Of a stretch of 64,000 nucleotides of DNA, positions 10,964 through 20,902 are shown piece after piece (within the stretch, counting starts at the first letter, position 1; each line of letters starts with the position of its first letter). The notes below the pieces were generated by a model. The model searched no databases, had not been told where the DNA came from, and was given only the letters and a program-made list of their open reading frames with translations. Both the position numbers and the translations under genes were made by a program. This stretch comes from a bacterium (GTDB lineage: Bacteria > Bacteroidota > Ignavibacteria > UBA10030). Location of the stretch: NCBI GenBank assembly GCA_043803945.1, contig JAZDJN010000016.1, positions 1-64,000 on the forward strand, in the 5' to 3' direction.

Positions 10964-11946
10964 AACCACCAATCGCAATTACTATTGGAGATTTCAACGG
11001 AATCGGACCAGAGATTATTCTTAAGTCCCTGCAGAGTCCCGCTATTAAAAAAATCTGCGCACCGGTGCTCGTGGGCCCACTTGGTGTATTCGAACATGTC
11101 AGTTCATCCCTCAAGATTCCTGTGAAGCTTGAAAAAGCGATCTTCCCTTGGAATAAAGAGAGTTCAATACCGGTGGTTGATATCGGCGACGGTCTCCGTT
11201 CTGATGTGATCTTCGGATCAGTCACTAAGGCAGCAGGCAGAAACGCAGGCAAAGCCATTGAAAAAGCAGTTGAGCTATGCGTCAACAAACGGGTTGCCGC
11301 AATGGTCACGGCACCTATCTCAAAGGAAGCATTGAACCTTGCCGGATATAATTTCCCGGGCCAAACGGAAATGGTGACGCTGTTCAGCCGGTCACAGCGC
11401 GTTGCGATGCTCTTCATCGCTGGTAAACTAAAAGTCGGTCTGGTGACAATTCATTCATCTCTCAGTGAAGTTGTAGCATCGATTACGAAAGAAAAGGTAA
11501 TCGAGAAATCAACAATCATCTATGAGTCTCTCCAATCGCTCTTCGGGATCGAAGAACCGACGATTGCCATTCTCGGATTAAATCCCCATGCCGGCGAACG
11601 AGGATTGATGGGAATGGAAGAAATTGAGACCATCACGCCCGCGATTGACGAACTGAAATCCAAAGGCATGAATATATCCGGCCCCTATCCAGCCGATGCC
11701 TTTTTCGGAACAGGATCGCACAAAAAATTCGACGCTATTGTTGCGCTCTATCATGACCAGGGATTAATTCCGTTCAAAATGCTGGCATTTGAACGCGGTG
11801 TCAACTTCTCGGCGGGATTGCCAATCATCCGTACATCACCAGATCATGGAACGGCATACGATATTGCCGGCAAAGGAAGTGCCAGTCCGGAAAGTATGAT
11901 CGAGGCTATAAAGCTTGCCGTTCAATTCAGCACAAAAAAATTATGA
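10960..11946 (+). CDS. pdxA: 4-hydroxythreonine-4-phosphate dehydrogenase
   Basis: ITIGDFNGIGPE, TAPISKE, GLNPHAGE, YHDQGLIPFK, RTSPDHGTA. Confidence 0.95.
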   Translation: MKPPIAITIGDFNGIGPEIILKSLQSPAIKKICAPVLVGPLGVFEHVSSSLKIPVKLEKAIFPWNKESSIPVVDIGDGLRSDVIFGSVTKAAGRNAGKAIEKAVELCVNKRVAAMVTAPISKEALNLAGYNFPGQTEMVTLFSRSQRVAMLFIAGKLKVGLVTIHSSLSEVVASITKEKVIEKSTIIYESLQSLFGIEEPTIAILGLNPHAGERGLMGMEEIETITPAIDELKSKGMNISGPYPADAFFGTGSHKKFDAIVALYHDQGLIPFKMLAFERGVNFSAGLPIIRTSPDHGTAYDIAGKGSASPESMIEAIKLAVQFSTKKL

Positions 11947-12611
11947 TTGAACTAAAGAATATCTCAGTCTCATTTGACGGTCAGGCCGTTCTGCAAAACC
12001 TGAACTTTTCTCTCAAACGAGGTGAGTTCGCTTATCTCGTTGGACCAACCGGAATCGGCAAGAGTACTCTCCTTCGATTGATCTATATGGATCTCCAACC
12101 GGATAGCGGTTCAGTGGAAGTGCTTGGCTATCATGGTAAAACCACAAAAAGTTCTGCCATTCCGAGTCTCCGAAGAAAGCTCGGGATTGTTTTTCAGGAT
12201 TTTAAATTGCTCGAGGATCGTAATGTATACGATAATGTTGCGTTCGCTCTGTATGTCACCGATACGAAAAAGAGCGATATCAAGAAGCGGGTGCTGCAGG
12301 TACTGGCCGATGTCGGACTGAGCCACAAACGAAATCAGATGCCGCATGGATTATCGGGTGGTGAGCAGCAACGGGTGGTCATTGCGCGCGCCATCATCAA
12401 TGCCCCATCCCTCCTTCTGGCCGATGAGCCGACCGGGAATCTGGATCCCTCTGTTTCAGCGGAGATTATGGATTTGCTGCGCAAGATTAATATGCGTGGT
12501 ACGGCGGTATTGATGGCAACGCACAACTACGAACTTGTTCGGAAATACCCTGCGCGGATCATTCAACTGAAGGAGGGGCGACTCTCTGAGGTTGAATTGC
12601 GGGAACGATAA
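11943..12611 (+). CDS. ftsE: Cell division ATP-binding protein FtsE
   Basis: GPTGIGKS, LRRKLGIVFQDFKLL, LSGGEQQRV, LADEPTGNLD, ATHN. Confidence 0.88.
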   Translation: MIELKNISVSFDGQAVLQNLNFSLKRGEFAYLVGPTGIGKSTLLRLIYMDLQPDSGSVEVLGYHGKTTKSSAIPSLRRKLGIVFQDFKLLEDRNVYDNVAFALYVTDTKKSDIKKRVLQVLADVGLSHKRNQMPHGLSGGEQQRVVIARAIINAPSLLLADEPTGNLDPSVSAEIMDLLRKINMRGTAVLMATHNYELVRKYPARIIQLKEGRLSEVELRER

Positions 12612-12621
12612 TTATAACAAA

Positions 12622-12668
12622 GAAGTCCCACTTTTTCGAAAAGTACTTATAGGAAAAAGAGGGACTTC
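12622..12668. terminator. Probable bidirectional terminator between convergent ftsE and nfu
   Basis: GAAGTCCC(ACTTTTT)...(AAAAAGA)GGGACTTC inverted repeat. Confidence 0.55.
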
Positions 12669-12678
12669 ATCAAGAACC

Positions 12679-12909
12679 TTACTTCACCTGCTCGACTCTT
12701 CGCACCTCTTTATGTTCAAGCATCAAGGCACGCTCGATACCAGCGCGGAGGGTCATCATTGACATTGGGCAGCCAAGACATGAACCCACCAACCGAACTT
12801 CCACAATATTCTCTGGAGTGACCCTGACGAGTTCGATATCACCTCCATCTTCCTGAAGATAGGGGCGAATCCGCTGAAGCGTTTTTTCGACGTTTTCCGC
12901 AGTCAACAT
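12679..12909 (-). CDS. NifU/Nfu-type Fe-S carrier
   Basis: IRPYLQEDGGDIEL...GSCLGCPMS..TL..GIE. Start placed at the internal ATG 12909. Confidence 0.92.
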   Translation of the reverse strand: MLTAENVEKTLQRIRPYLQEDGGDIELVRVTPENIVEVRLVGSCLGCPMSMMTLRAGIERALMLEHKEVRRVEQVK

Positions 12910-12919
12910 TTCTTGATCC

Positions 12920-14014
12920 TCAGTTCTGAATCCCGAGGCTGATTTCAATCTTATGGGATGGCATCGACATATGACGTATACTCACCTGTGCTGCAAGGTT
13001 TCTCGCGATGGAACGAATTATTTGCGACTGCGGCGATTTTTCGTCCATGACTACAATCGGCGTTCCCTGGTCTCCGCCTATACGAATGTGAGTATCAAGG
13101 GGTATTTCTCCTAGCAGAGGAACATTCAGGTCCTTTGCCGTGCGTACTCCTCCACCTGTATCAAAGATATTGTCACGATGGCCGCAGTGGGTACAGATGT
13201 AGAAGCTCATGTTTTCGACAATGCCCAAGACCGGTACGTTTACCTTCGTGAACATCACCAGTCCCTTTCGTGCATCGGCCAGTGCAACATCCTGTGGTGT
13301 CGTAACGATAACAGCGCCCGTGAGCGGAATGGTTTGAACGAGTGTTAATTGAATATCCCCTGTACCTGGAGGAAGGTCAAAAAACAGATAATCCAACTCA
13401 CCCCATTCCACATCACTCATAAATTGCTTAACGGCACCGCTTGCCATAGGCCCTCGCCAGATGACTGCTTGCATTGGATCCACGAGGAAGCCAATCGACA
13501 TTATTTTTACGCCATACTTCTCAAGGGGAATGAGTTTGTTGTTCGAGAGAGACGGCCGTTCATCGATCCCAAACATTAAGGGGATGCTCGGGCCGTACAC
13601 ATCGGCATCGACCAGACCGACTTTTGCACCTTCGCGCGCTAATGCAACAGCAAGATTTACCGCCACCGTTGATTTGCCGACGCCTCCCTTTCCGCTCGCA
13701 ACAGCGATGGTGTTTTTTACACCGGGCAGGATAAGATCCTTTTGTTCGTGTGTATGAGATCGGATATTTGATGTAAGTTCAATTTCAACATTCTTCACTC
13801 CCTCAATCGATTGCCTGATCACCCTCTCGCAATCTGCTTTGAACTGATCCCGAACCGGGCATGCCGGAGTCGTTAACTCGAGCTTGAAGCTGACGTTTCC
13901 GTTTGATATTACAAGATTATTAATAAATCCGAGCGTGACGATATCACGATGTAAATCCGGATCCTTTACCTGTTTCAGTGTCTCTAAAATATTTGATTCT
14001 GTTAATGCCAGCAT
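12920..14014 (-). CDS. apbC: Mrp/ApbC Fe-S cluster carrier ATPase
   Basis: N-terminal DUF59 (DPDL...LTTPACP), SGKGGVGKST, WRGPM, DLPPGTGD, ENMS..CxxC. Confidence 0.95.
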   Translation of the reverse strand: MLALTESNILETLKQVKDPDLHRDIVTLGFINNLVISNGNVSFKLELTTPACPVRDQFKADCERVIRQSIEGVKNVEIELTSNIRSHTHEQKDLILPGVKNTIAVASGKGGVGKSTVAVNLAVALAREGAKVGLVDADVYGPSIPLMFGIDERPSLSNNKLIPLEKYGVKIMSIGFLVDPMQAVIWRGPMASGAVKQFMSDVEWGELDYLFFDLPPGTGDIQLTLVQTIPLTGAVIVTTPQDVALADARKGLVMFTKVNVPVLGIVENMSFYICTHCGHRDNIFDTGGGVRTAKDLNVPLLGEIPLDTHIRIGGDQGTPIVVMDEKSPQSQIIRSIARNLAAQVSIRHMSMPSHKIEISLGIQN

Positions 14015-14184
14015 GTCATCTCCTTATTTTCAAGACTGCCTCTGAGCGTATTTCGCTTTAAGCAGTACCGCTCGTTATATTCTGTGTTTAACCTCGATCA
14101 CTATTGCACATTACGTTTCACTCCTTCCCTTCCCCATCATAAAAACGCAAAACGCCGCCTGTACCCTTTGAGTTCCATTCGCTC

Positions 14185-15612
14185 TTACCCCTTGATCACA
14201 CCGATGGGGATCATCCTTGCCACTTTCCTGGCGATGCCGGACTGATGCACAACCTCGACAACCTGATCGACATTCTTGTAGGCATTCGGATTTTCTTCGG
14301 TCAGTCCGCTCTTTGATGCACCACGGATATGAATTCCTTTCTTTTTGAGTTCTTCAATGAGCACTTCAGCGCTGATTTCTTTCTTTGCGGCGTGACGGCT
14401 TTTTGAACGCCCGGCACCATGGCAGGTCGATCCGAAGGTTTCTTTCATCGCCAGTTCAGTGCCGACGAGAACATACGAACACGTACCCATACTACCAGGA
14501 ATCAGCACCGGTTGACCGATGGAGCGATACTCTTCCGGAATTTCCGGCCTATTTTTAGGAAAGGCACGCGTCGCACCTTTCCGGTGAACAAGAACTCGTT
14601 GTTGCCTTCCGTCCACCTGGTGCTCTTCTTCTTTTGCGATGTTATGCGCAACATCATAAATAACGTTCATGCCGCCTCTTCCGAAGACACGAGTAAATGC
14701 CTCTCTCGTCCAGTGCGTAATCAATTGCCGGTTAGCAAATGCAAAATTCGCTGCTGCAGCCATCGCCCTCAGGTACTGTTCACCTTCTGGAGATTTGATC
14801 GGAACGCAGGCAAGCTGCCGGTCGACAATCGAAATGCCATAACGCTTCATGGCGCCCTGCATCACTTCGAGATAGTCAGTGCAAACCTGATGACCGAGAC
14901 CTCTGGAACCGGTGTGGATGAGGACAACAACCTGATTGCGTCGCAACCCGAAAGCACCCGCTGCTGCTTCATCATAGATATCGGAAACATACTGCACTTC
15001 AGCGAAATGATTTCCAGATCCAAGTGTACCCAGTTGATCCCTTCCCCGGTCCTTTGCCCGTTTGCTGACCTGCAGTGGGTCTGCATTCTGTATCGTCCCA
15101 TTCTCTTCGATATGGTGAAGATCAGCTTCGGATCCATAGCCATTTCTTACCGCCCATCCTGCGCCCTGTGTAAGTACCTGATCGAGTTGTTCAATGGCAA
15201 GCCCGCCGATGATTCCCTTCTTCCCAGTTCCACAGGGAATATCGCGAAACATCTGATTGAGAAGGGAATCGAGTTTAGGCCTGATCTCTTCCAGAGAATA
15301 TTCTGTTGAAAGTAACCGCACTCCGCAATTAATATCAAAGCCGACACCACCTGCCGAGACAACACCCTTTTCAAGATCGGCGGCAGCAACGCCGCCAATG
15401 GCAAATCCATACCCCTGATGAGCGTCGGGCATTGCCAATGATCGTCCCACAAGTCCCGGAAGCGTAGCGACATTCGCTACCTGCATAAGGGTTTGATCCT
15501 TCTCAATTGCCTTGATGAGTTCTGCATCGGCATAGATAAGGCCTTCAATCTTCATTCCATCGCGGTATGAACGAGGGATCAAATAGCGGTATTGATCTAT
15601 TTTAATAAGCAT
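14185..15612 (-). CDS. rtcB: RNA-splicing/repair ligase RtcB (long archaeal/eukaryotic-like type)
   Basis: MPDAHQGYGFAIGG, GFDINCG, LGSGNHF, IHTGSRG, HN, HRKGAT, PGSMG, HGAGR, AYK. Confidence 0.96.
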   Translation of the reverse strand: MLIKIDQYRYLIPRSYRDGMKIEGLIYADAELIKAIEKDQTLMQVANVATLPGLVGRSLAMPDAHQGYGFAIGGVAAADLEKGVVSAGGVGFDINCGVRLLSTEYSLEEIRPKLDSLLNQMFRDIPCGTGKKGIIGGLAIEQLDQVLTQGAGWAVRNGYGSEADLHHIEENGTIQNADPLQVSKRAKDRGRDQLGTLGSGNHFAEVQYVSDIYDEAAAGAFGLRRNQVVVLIHTGSRGLGHQVCTDYLEVMQGAMKRYGISIVDRQLACVPIKSPEGEQYLRAMAAAANFAFANRQLITHWTREAFTRVFGRGGMNVIYDVAHNIAKEEEHQVDGRQQRVLVHRKGATRAFPKNRPEIPEEYRSIGQPVLIPGSMGTCSYVLVGTELAMKETFGSTCHGAGRSKSRHAAKKEISAEVLIEELKKKGIHIRGASKSGLTEENPNAYKNVDQVVEVVHQSGIARKVARMIPIGVIKG

Positions 15613-15630
15613 GGCAAAGGGTAAGCGCAA

Positions 15631-16059
15631 TCAGATATCAAGAAAAACCCGGGTGGAGCAACGGTCGATGCTCTCTTCCACTTTCAATTGATGGTACGTG
15701 ACAGCTTTAACATCCATTTTAAATTGGTGTTTTCGGTTATCAACCGGCTCACCTGAGACTACTGCTTCCAATTCTATATCGGTCAATAACTCGATTTCTG
15801 TATGAGCGACGAGAAAATCCTGGCCATCGAACAGGTAAAGAATTTCTGAGAGCCATTTTACTAGAAGACTTTCCTTATCCATCGCCGTCAACCTCACATT
15901 TCTATTCTCATAGGCATCGACAGATGCAGGGTCAATGATGATGGAGATTAATCCGGTTGCTGCATATTCAAAAGCCTCCTTCAATGTCGCCCCGCGTGTC
16001 TCGATACCCATATCAGAAGGGTGCTCGAGAATACGATAGCCCTCAGTAAACTCTTTCAT
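15631..16059 (-). CDS. Archease
   Basis: LEHPSD, VKAVTYH and terminal FLDI motifs; directly upstream of rtcB. Confidence 0.93.
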   Translation of the reverse strand: MKEFTEGYRILEHPSDMGIETRGATLKEAFEYAATGLISIIIDPASVDAYENRNVRLTAMDKESLLVKWLSEILYLFDGQDFLVAHTEIELLTDIELEAVVSGEPVDNRKHQFKMDVKAVTYHQLKVEESIDRCSTRVFLDI

Positions 16060-16073
16060 TACAGCACCGACTC

Positions 16074-16985
16074 TTAGACAAATGTTCTTCCGCTCAATTT
16101 CTTCAATGCTTCTAAATATAATCCCGTTGTTTTAAATACGATATCCTCCGGCAGTTGAGGACCCGGCGGCCGCTTATTGAAATTGACCGAGATGAGGTAA
16201 TCACGGACATACTGTTTATCAAAACTATCCTGACCCCGTCCCGGTTGGTACTTCTGCTTCGGCCAGAATCGTGACGAATCGGGAGTAAGAAGCTCATCAA
16301 TAAGAATGAGGCCACCCTTTTCATCAACGCCGAATTCCATTTTAGTGTCGGCAATAATAATTCCCTTCTCCTCCGCAATTGCTGCCGCTCGATTATATAT
16401 GCAAAGTGAAACATCACGTAACTGTTCAGCGAGATCCTTCCCGACACGTTGGATGGTTTGTCCAAAGGTCATATTTTCATCGTGTTTCCCGACTTCCTCT
16501 TTTGTTGTCGGTGTAAAGATCGGTTCAGGCAGTCTGTCGGATTCAACGAGCCCATCGGGAAGCTGGATTCCGCAAATACTTTTCGACTTTTGATATTCCG
16601 ACCATCCGGAACCGGAGATGTATCCTCGCACAATGCATTCGACAGGGAGTGGTTTTGTTTTCTTCACATACATCGTGCGATCTTCCAGAGCCTCCCAGAA
16701 AGGTTTGCAGCTCGGAGGGAAATCATAGGTGATTGTTGAGAGGAGATGGTTGGGGATGATATCCTTCACCTGTTCAAACCAGAAATCGGAAATTTGCGTC
16801 AGGACTTTCCCCTTGAACGGAATTCCATTCGCCATCACCACATCGTATGCGGATATGCGATCAGTTGCGACGATGAGCAGAGCATCCCCAAAATCGTAGA
16901 TATCGCGGACTTTTCCCCGGTTTCGTAATGTAAGACCCGGGAAATTAGTTTGAGTAATGACAGGGACATTGTGGAACATTACCAT
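16074..16985 (-). CDS. purC: SAICAR synthase
   Basis: [48 protein letters not shown]. Confidence 0.96.
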   Translation of the reverse strand: MVMFHNVPVITQTNFPGLTLRNRGKVRDIYDFGDALLIVATDRISAYDVVMANGIPFKGKVLTQISDFWFEQVKDIIPNHLLSTITYDFPPSCKPFWEALEDRTMYVKKTKPLPVECIVRGYISGSGWSEYQKSKSICGIQLPDGLVESDRLPEPIFTPTTKEEVGKHDENMTFGQTIQRVGKDLAEQLRDVSLCIYNRAAAIAEEKGIIIADTKMEFGVDEKGGLILIDELLTPDSSRFWPKQKYQPGRGQDSFDKQYVRDYLISVNFNKRPPGPQLPEDIVFKTTGLYLEALKKLSGRTFV

Positions 16986-17012
16986 AGAAAAGCTCCAAAA
17001 TAAATGATAGAG

Positions 17013-17612
17013 TTACACAAACATACACTTTTTTTTTATAGCAGTTGCTAATTTTTGCAGGTACAGCTCTTTCGGGACCTCCTCCGCACCAAACATTTGA
17101 AGATGGGGAGTGATGAACTGAGTGTCGAGGAGTTCAAAGCCGTTCTCCCTCAATCTCTGGACAAGGTTGACGAGTGCAATCTTTGATGCATTCCTTTCCG
17201 CGCTGAACATCGATTCACCAAAAAATGCTCCCCCGATTGCAACTCCATACAATCCGCCGACAATGTTTCCGGCAGATCGACTCTCCACGCTATGAGCAAA
17301 TCCTATGCGATGAAGATGAAGATAACTCTGAACGATCTCTTCTGAAATCCACGTCTCTTCTCGTGCAGCACAAAGACGTATCACCTGTTCAAAGTCTTTG
17401 TTGATGGCTGTTTCATATCGATTCGTTTTTAAGATCGATTTCAGGCTTCGCGGGATTCTAAAATGATCAAGATCGAAAACTGCCCTGGGATCCGGTGAGT
17501 ACCAACTGATTTCACCGGTACCCGGGTCCGCCATCGGAAAGTATCCCTTGCAGTATGCGCCAAGGAGATAATCCGGTTCGATAATTCTCGTTGCTTGATT
17601 CTTAGGTGACAT
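17013..17612 (-). CDS. aat: Leucyl/phenylalanyl-tRNA--protein transferase
   Basis: AY..GYFPM, WYSPDPR, AHSVE, GGLYGV..GGAFFGESMFS, ASK.AL, LLDTQ. Confidence 0.95.
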   Translation of the reverse strand: MSPKNQATRIIEPDYLLGAYCKGYFPMADPGTGEISWYSPDPRAVFDLDHFRIPRSLKSILKTNRYETAINKDFEQVIRLCAAREETWISEEIVQSYLHLHRIGFAHSVESRSAGNIVGGLYGVAIGGAFFGESMFSAERNASKIALVNLVQRLRENGFELLDTQFITPHLQMFGAEEVPKELYLQKLATAIKKKCMFV

Positions 17613-17680
17613 CGGTAAGCATCGCTTTTCAACGAAACAATTCACGATTTACAAAACCATTCTCCCTGCATAATTCAGAG

Positions 17681-18709
17681 TCATGATGGAAATGTCACAA
17701 CGACTTTTCCGACAGTTTTACGCGCCTGTAACGCGGCTTGTGCGTGCATAATATCTTCAAATCGATAAGTTGAACCTATGATCGGCTTAATCACGCCCAG
17801 AGAATACCAGTCGAGTATTTCCTTCAATGCCCGGGAAAGATAATCGACTTTATGCGAAAGGAAGTAGAGATTAAAACCGAACATGCCGGCATTCTTCGAT
17901 GTCATCGCAGGCGGGAAAAGGATGGGCGATGAGAGGAACTCTATCACTGCTCCCAGCTTCCTGATCGTTCGTTCACCCGTCACCGAAGCAAATCCATAAA
18001 TGATATATCTCCCCATCGGTGCAATCAGATTCCATCCTTTGCGCGTTGTCCTTCCGCCGATGGAATCGAGGACAACATCGATCCCATAACCTCCAGTGTG
18101 ATGCCGAATCCAAGCCTCAAAATCTTCTTCCCGATAGTTGATGAGATGATGGGCTCCCAGAGATTTGGCGAGTTCAAGTTTTTCCTTAGAGCCAGCTGTT
18201 GCATAGATCTCCGCCCCAAGAAACTGTGCAATCTGGAGGGCGATCGTACCCACACCTCCTGCTGCCGCATGAAGAAGGAGTTTCTCTCCCTTCTGAAGAT
18301 GTCCCAATGTGACCAGTGCGTGATAAGCTGTCAATGCAGTCACTGTCAGTGCAGCAGCTTCCTTGTAAGACATTGTATCGGGAATCCGATAGGCAAGATG
18401 GGAAGAGATGGAAACATACTCTGCATACGCACCCTGTTTTGAAAATCCGGCCACCCTGTCGCCGGGCTTTAGGGTAGTGACCTCGGCCCCTGCTTTCTCT
18501 ACAACACCTGTGAATTCGATCCCCGGGATAAATGGTGGTTTCGGGATGCTGGGATAAATGCCAAGCCGTGCCATGACGTCGGCAAAATTTAATCCTATGG
18601 CATGCACTCTGACAAGAACATCGTTGGCTCCGATAATCGGAACGGGCCACTCTAAAATCTTGAGAACATCGGGTGCACCAAATTTAGTAATAACCGCGGC
18701 ACGCATCAC
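17681..18709 (-). CDS. NADPH:quinone oxidoreductase (zeta-crystallin/VAT1-like MDR)
   Basis: GLNFAD...G.YP, PGIE, HAAAGGVG, GKVVV; no Zn ligands. Confidence 0.88.
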   Translation of the reverse strand: MMRAAVITKFGAPDVLKILEWPVPIIGANDVLVRVHAIGLNFADVMARLGIYPSIPKPPFIPGIEFTGVVEKAGAEVTTLKPGDRVAGFSKQGAYAEYVSISSHLAYRIPDTMSYKEAAALTVTALTAYHALVTLGHLQKGEKLLLHAAAGGVGTIALQIAQFLGAEIYATAGSKEKLELAKSLGAHHLINYREEDFEAWIRHHTGGYGIDVVLDSIGGRTTRKGWNLIAPMGRYIIYGFASVTGERTIRKLGAVIEFLSSPILFPPAMTSKNAGMFGFNLYFLSHKVDYLSRALKEILDWYSLGVIKPIIGSTYRFEDIMHAQAALQARKTVGKVVVTFPS

Positions 18710-19800
18710 TTATCACCAAATGTCGTTCCCACAGCACGTGCTGCAAAAAGGAGCTGTGAATCCAGCGGCACAGTCCGCAATTTAAGAATGGCCTCCTTCA
18801 CCGGCACTGAAGTAACTTCTGTTCCCCGCAGGCTGACCATATGACCGAACTTGCCCTGGGATGCGAGATGCAGCGCTATCGCTCCATATTTAGATGCAAG
18901 AATCCGATCATACGGAGTCGGACTGCCGCCCCGCTGCAGATGACCGAGCACTGTTACCCGGGTTTCTAATCCGGTTGCTTCCGTGATGCTCTTTCCGACG
19001 AGTTCTCCAATACCGCCAAGCCGCACCGGATCTGTTCGTTTCTTATCGGTCTCACGCACCACCTGATCACCTTCAGCAGGTTTCGCTCCTTCGGCAACAC
19101 AAATAATGCTGAAGCGATCGTGTTGTTTGCTTCGCCGAAGCACATGTTCATAAATTTTATTCCACTGAAATGGTATTTCAGGAATAAGGATCGCATCGGC
19201 ACCGCCGGCAAGGCCTGCTCCAAGAGCAATCCACCCGGCATATCTTCCCATAACCTCAACAACCATGACACGATGGTGAGCGGAGGCAGTGGTATGAAGC
19301 CGGTCAATTGCTTCAGTTGCCACTGAAACGGCGGAATCATATCCGAATGTTACATCAGTGGCGGATAAATCATTATCGATCGTCTTGGGGACACCGATGA
19401 ATGGGAATCCCATATCGGAGAATTTATCAACGATATGCATTGTTCCATCACCGCCGATGGCGATGAGAACGTCGAGATTCCAGTCTTTAAAATTCTTGAT
19501 TGCATTCTCTGAGCAGTCGATCACCTCGACCCCTTGCGGTGTCTCGATAGGAAAGTGGAACGGATCACCTTTATTTGAGGTACCGAGGATGGTCCCGCCG
19601 ATATTCACAATTCCGGCTACTTCCATCGGAGTGAGCTCTCTCATTTTCCCCTCGACTAATCCTTCAAATCCATCGATGATGCCGAAAACCTTCGCACCAA
19701 AGTACGACATTGCAGGTTTGGCTATACTGCGAATTACTGCATTCAAACCTGGACAATCGCCGCCACCGGTGAGAATACCGACGCGTTTTAATGAAGCCAT
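18706..19800 (-). CDS. pfkA: 6-phosphofructokinase (group III / mixed-substrate clade)
   Basis: TGGGDCPGLN, GGDGT, PKTIDND, EVMGRYAGW, LGHLQRGG. Confidence 0.94.
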   Translation of the reverse strand: MASLKRVGILTGGGDCPGLNAVIRSIAKPAMSYFGAKVFGIIDGFEGLVEGKMRELTPMEVAGIVNIGGTILGTSNKGDPFHFPIETPQGVEVIDCSENAIKNFKDWNLDVLIAIGGDGTMHIVDKFSDMGFPFIGVPKTIDNDLSATDVTFGYDSAVSVATEAIDRLHTTASAHHRVMVVEVMGRYAGWIALGAGLAGGADAILIPEIPFQWNKIYEHVLRRSKQHDRFSIICVAEGAKPAEGDQVVRETDKKRTDPVRLGGIGELVGKSITEATGLETRVTVLGHLQRGGSPTPYDRILASKYGAIALHLASQGKFGHMVSLRGTEVTSVPVKEAILKLRTVPLDSQLLFAARAVGTTFGDK

Positions 19801-20361
19801 TTCTTAGTTTCCCTTGATTTCATTGGTAGTCGTCAATAACCATAATTTCAGATGAAAGATAAGGAAAAAGTCACCGTGATGCTATTGCTGCTGAATTCTG
19901 CTCATTTTGACTTTTGAAATGATCACTTCTAGAATTGGTGGCTTAAAAAAAACAGACATGTCATCCATGGTTTGAAAATTCTATTATATTCCTTTTTGGT
20001 AAACTGCATTTTTACACTAAATCCATCCAAGGTAGAAAATCCAATTACTGGTTTTGTGTACAATTCCGAAAGGCAATAATAGAATTATTTGCTTGTTTTC
20101 TCTTCGGAGAATACCTATCTTATATGCGTAAATACTCTGTACACCGCTTTGAAGAATCTCAATTCTTATTGAGTTGTTTTTTAAAGCCACGCAGTTGTAG
20201 TTGATCTGTACCCTCTGTGCCCCTTTTTCGTGGTCTTTCAGGTTTCGCGAGATTTGGCCTGTGTACAACTTCACTCGTTTAGCTTGCGTGTCGAGTCAGC
20301 CAGATGCTGATTGTTGTTCACGTGTACTTTTTTTCTTCATATATACTGAAAGGATTGTTCC

Positions 20362-20562
20362 ATGGAAAAGGGAACAGTGAAATGGTTCAATGGAACCAAA
20401 GGTTTTGGATTCATCAAACGTCAAAGCGGCGAAGATGTATTCGTCCATTTTAAGGCGATCGTCGGCGACGGTTTTCGCACTTTGAATGAGGGCGATCAGG
20501 TTCAATTTGAAGCTCAGATGGGACCCAAAGGCCTCCAGGCTACCAAAGTCGAAAAGGTTTAA
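20362..20562 (+). CDS. Cold-shock protein
   Basis: GTVKWFN..KGFGFI (RNP1), DVFVHF (RNP2), GPKG. Confidence 0.96.
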   Translation: MEKGTVKWFNGTKGFGFIKRQSGEDVFVHFKAIVGDGFRTLNEGDQVQFEAQMGPKGLQATKVEKV

Positions 20563-20580
20563 GCAGCCTTGAGTGAAGTC

Positions 20581-20618
20581 ACCCCAGTCAGTCACCTACC
20601 TGGCTGGGGTTTTTTTTT
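20581..20618 (+). terminator. Rho-independent terminator after the first csp
   Basis: ACCCCAGTCAG...CTGGCTGGGGT followed by a long T run. Confidence 0.8.
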
Positions 20619-20636
20619 CTCGGAAAGGAAATTCGA

Positions 20637-20840
20637 ATGACAGAAGGTATAGTCAAATTCTTTAATGCTTCGAAAGGATTTGGATTTATTACAGCTGATA
20701 ACGGTGAAGAGATCTTTTTTCACAAGAGTGCCGTGAAAGATACCGGATTTCGCGATACCCTGTATAAAGGTGATCGTGTTCGGTGTGAAGTGAAAGAAAG
20801 TCAGCAGGGAAAACGAGCACAGCACATCGTACGAATCTAA
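20637..20840 (+). CDS. Cold-shock domain protein (second copy)
   Basis: GIVKFFN..KGFGFI, EIFFHKS. Confidence 0.92.
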   Translation: MTEGIVKFFNASKGFGFITADNGEEIFFHKSAVKDTGFRDTLYKGDRVRCEVKESQQGKRAQHIVRI

Positions 20841-20848
20841 TTCTCTAG

Positions 20849-20900
20849 AGTCTTCCGGAGGTCTGCTGCAACTCTTATTATGTATGGCACTCGGAAGACT
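20849..20900. terminator. Possible bidirectional hairpin between csp2 and rmuC
   Basis: AGTCTTCCG...CGGAAGACT inverted repeat followed by Ts. Confidence 0.45.
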
Positions 20901-20902
20901 TT

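Noticed and set aside
14419-15309. 296-aa plus-strand ORF
   Set aside because: Antisense shadow of rtcB with no recognisable motifs.
18706-19800. PFK as PPi-dependent (would pair with PPDK)
   Set aside because: It has GGDGT (Gly at the specificity position) rather than GGDD. PKTIDND alone does not establish PPi use.
20017-20274. 85-aa minus-strand ORF in the pfk-csp gap
   Set aside because: No RBS or motif, in AT-rich promoter-like sequence.
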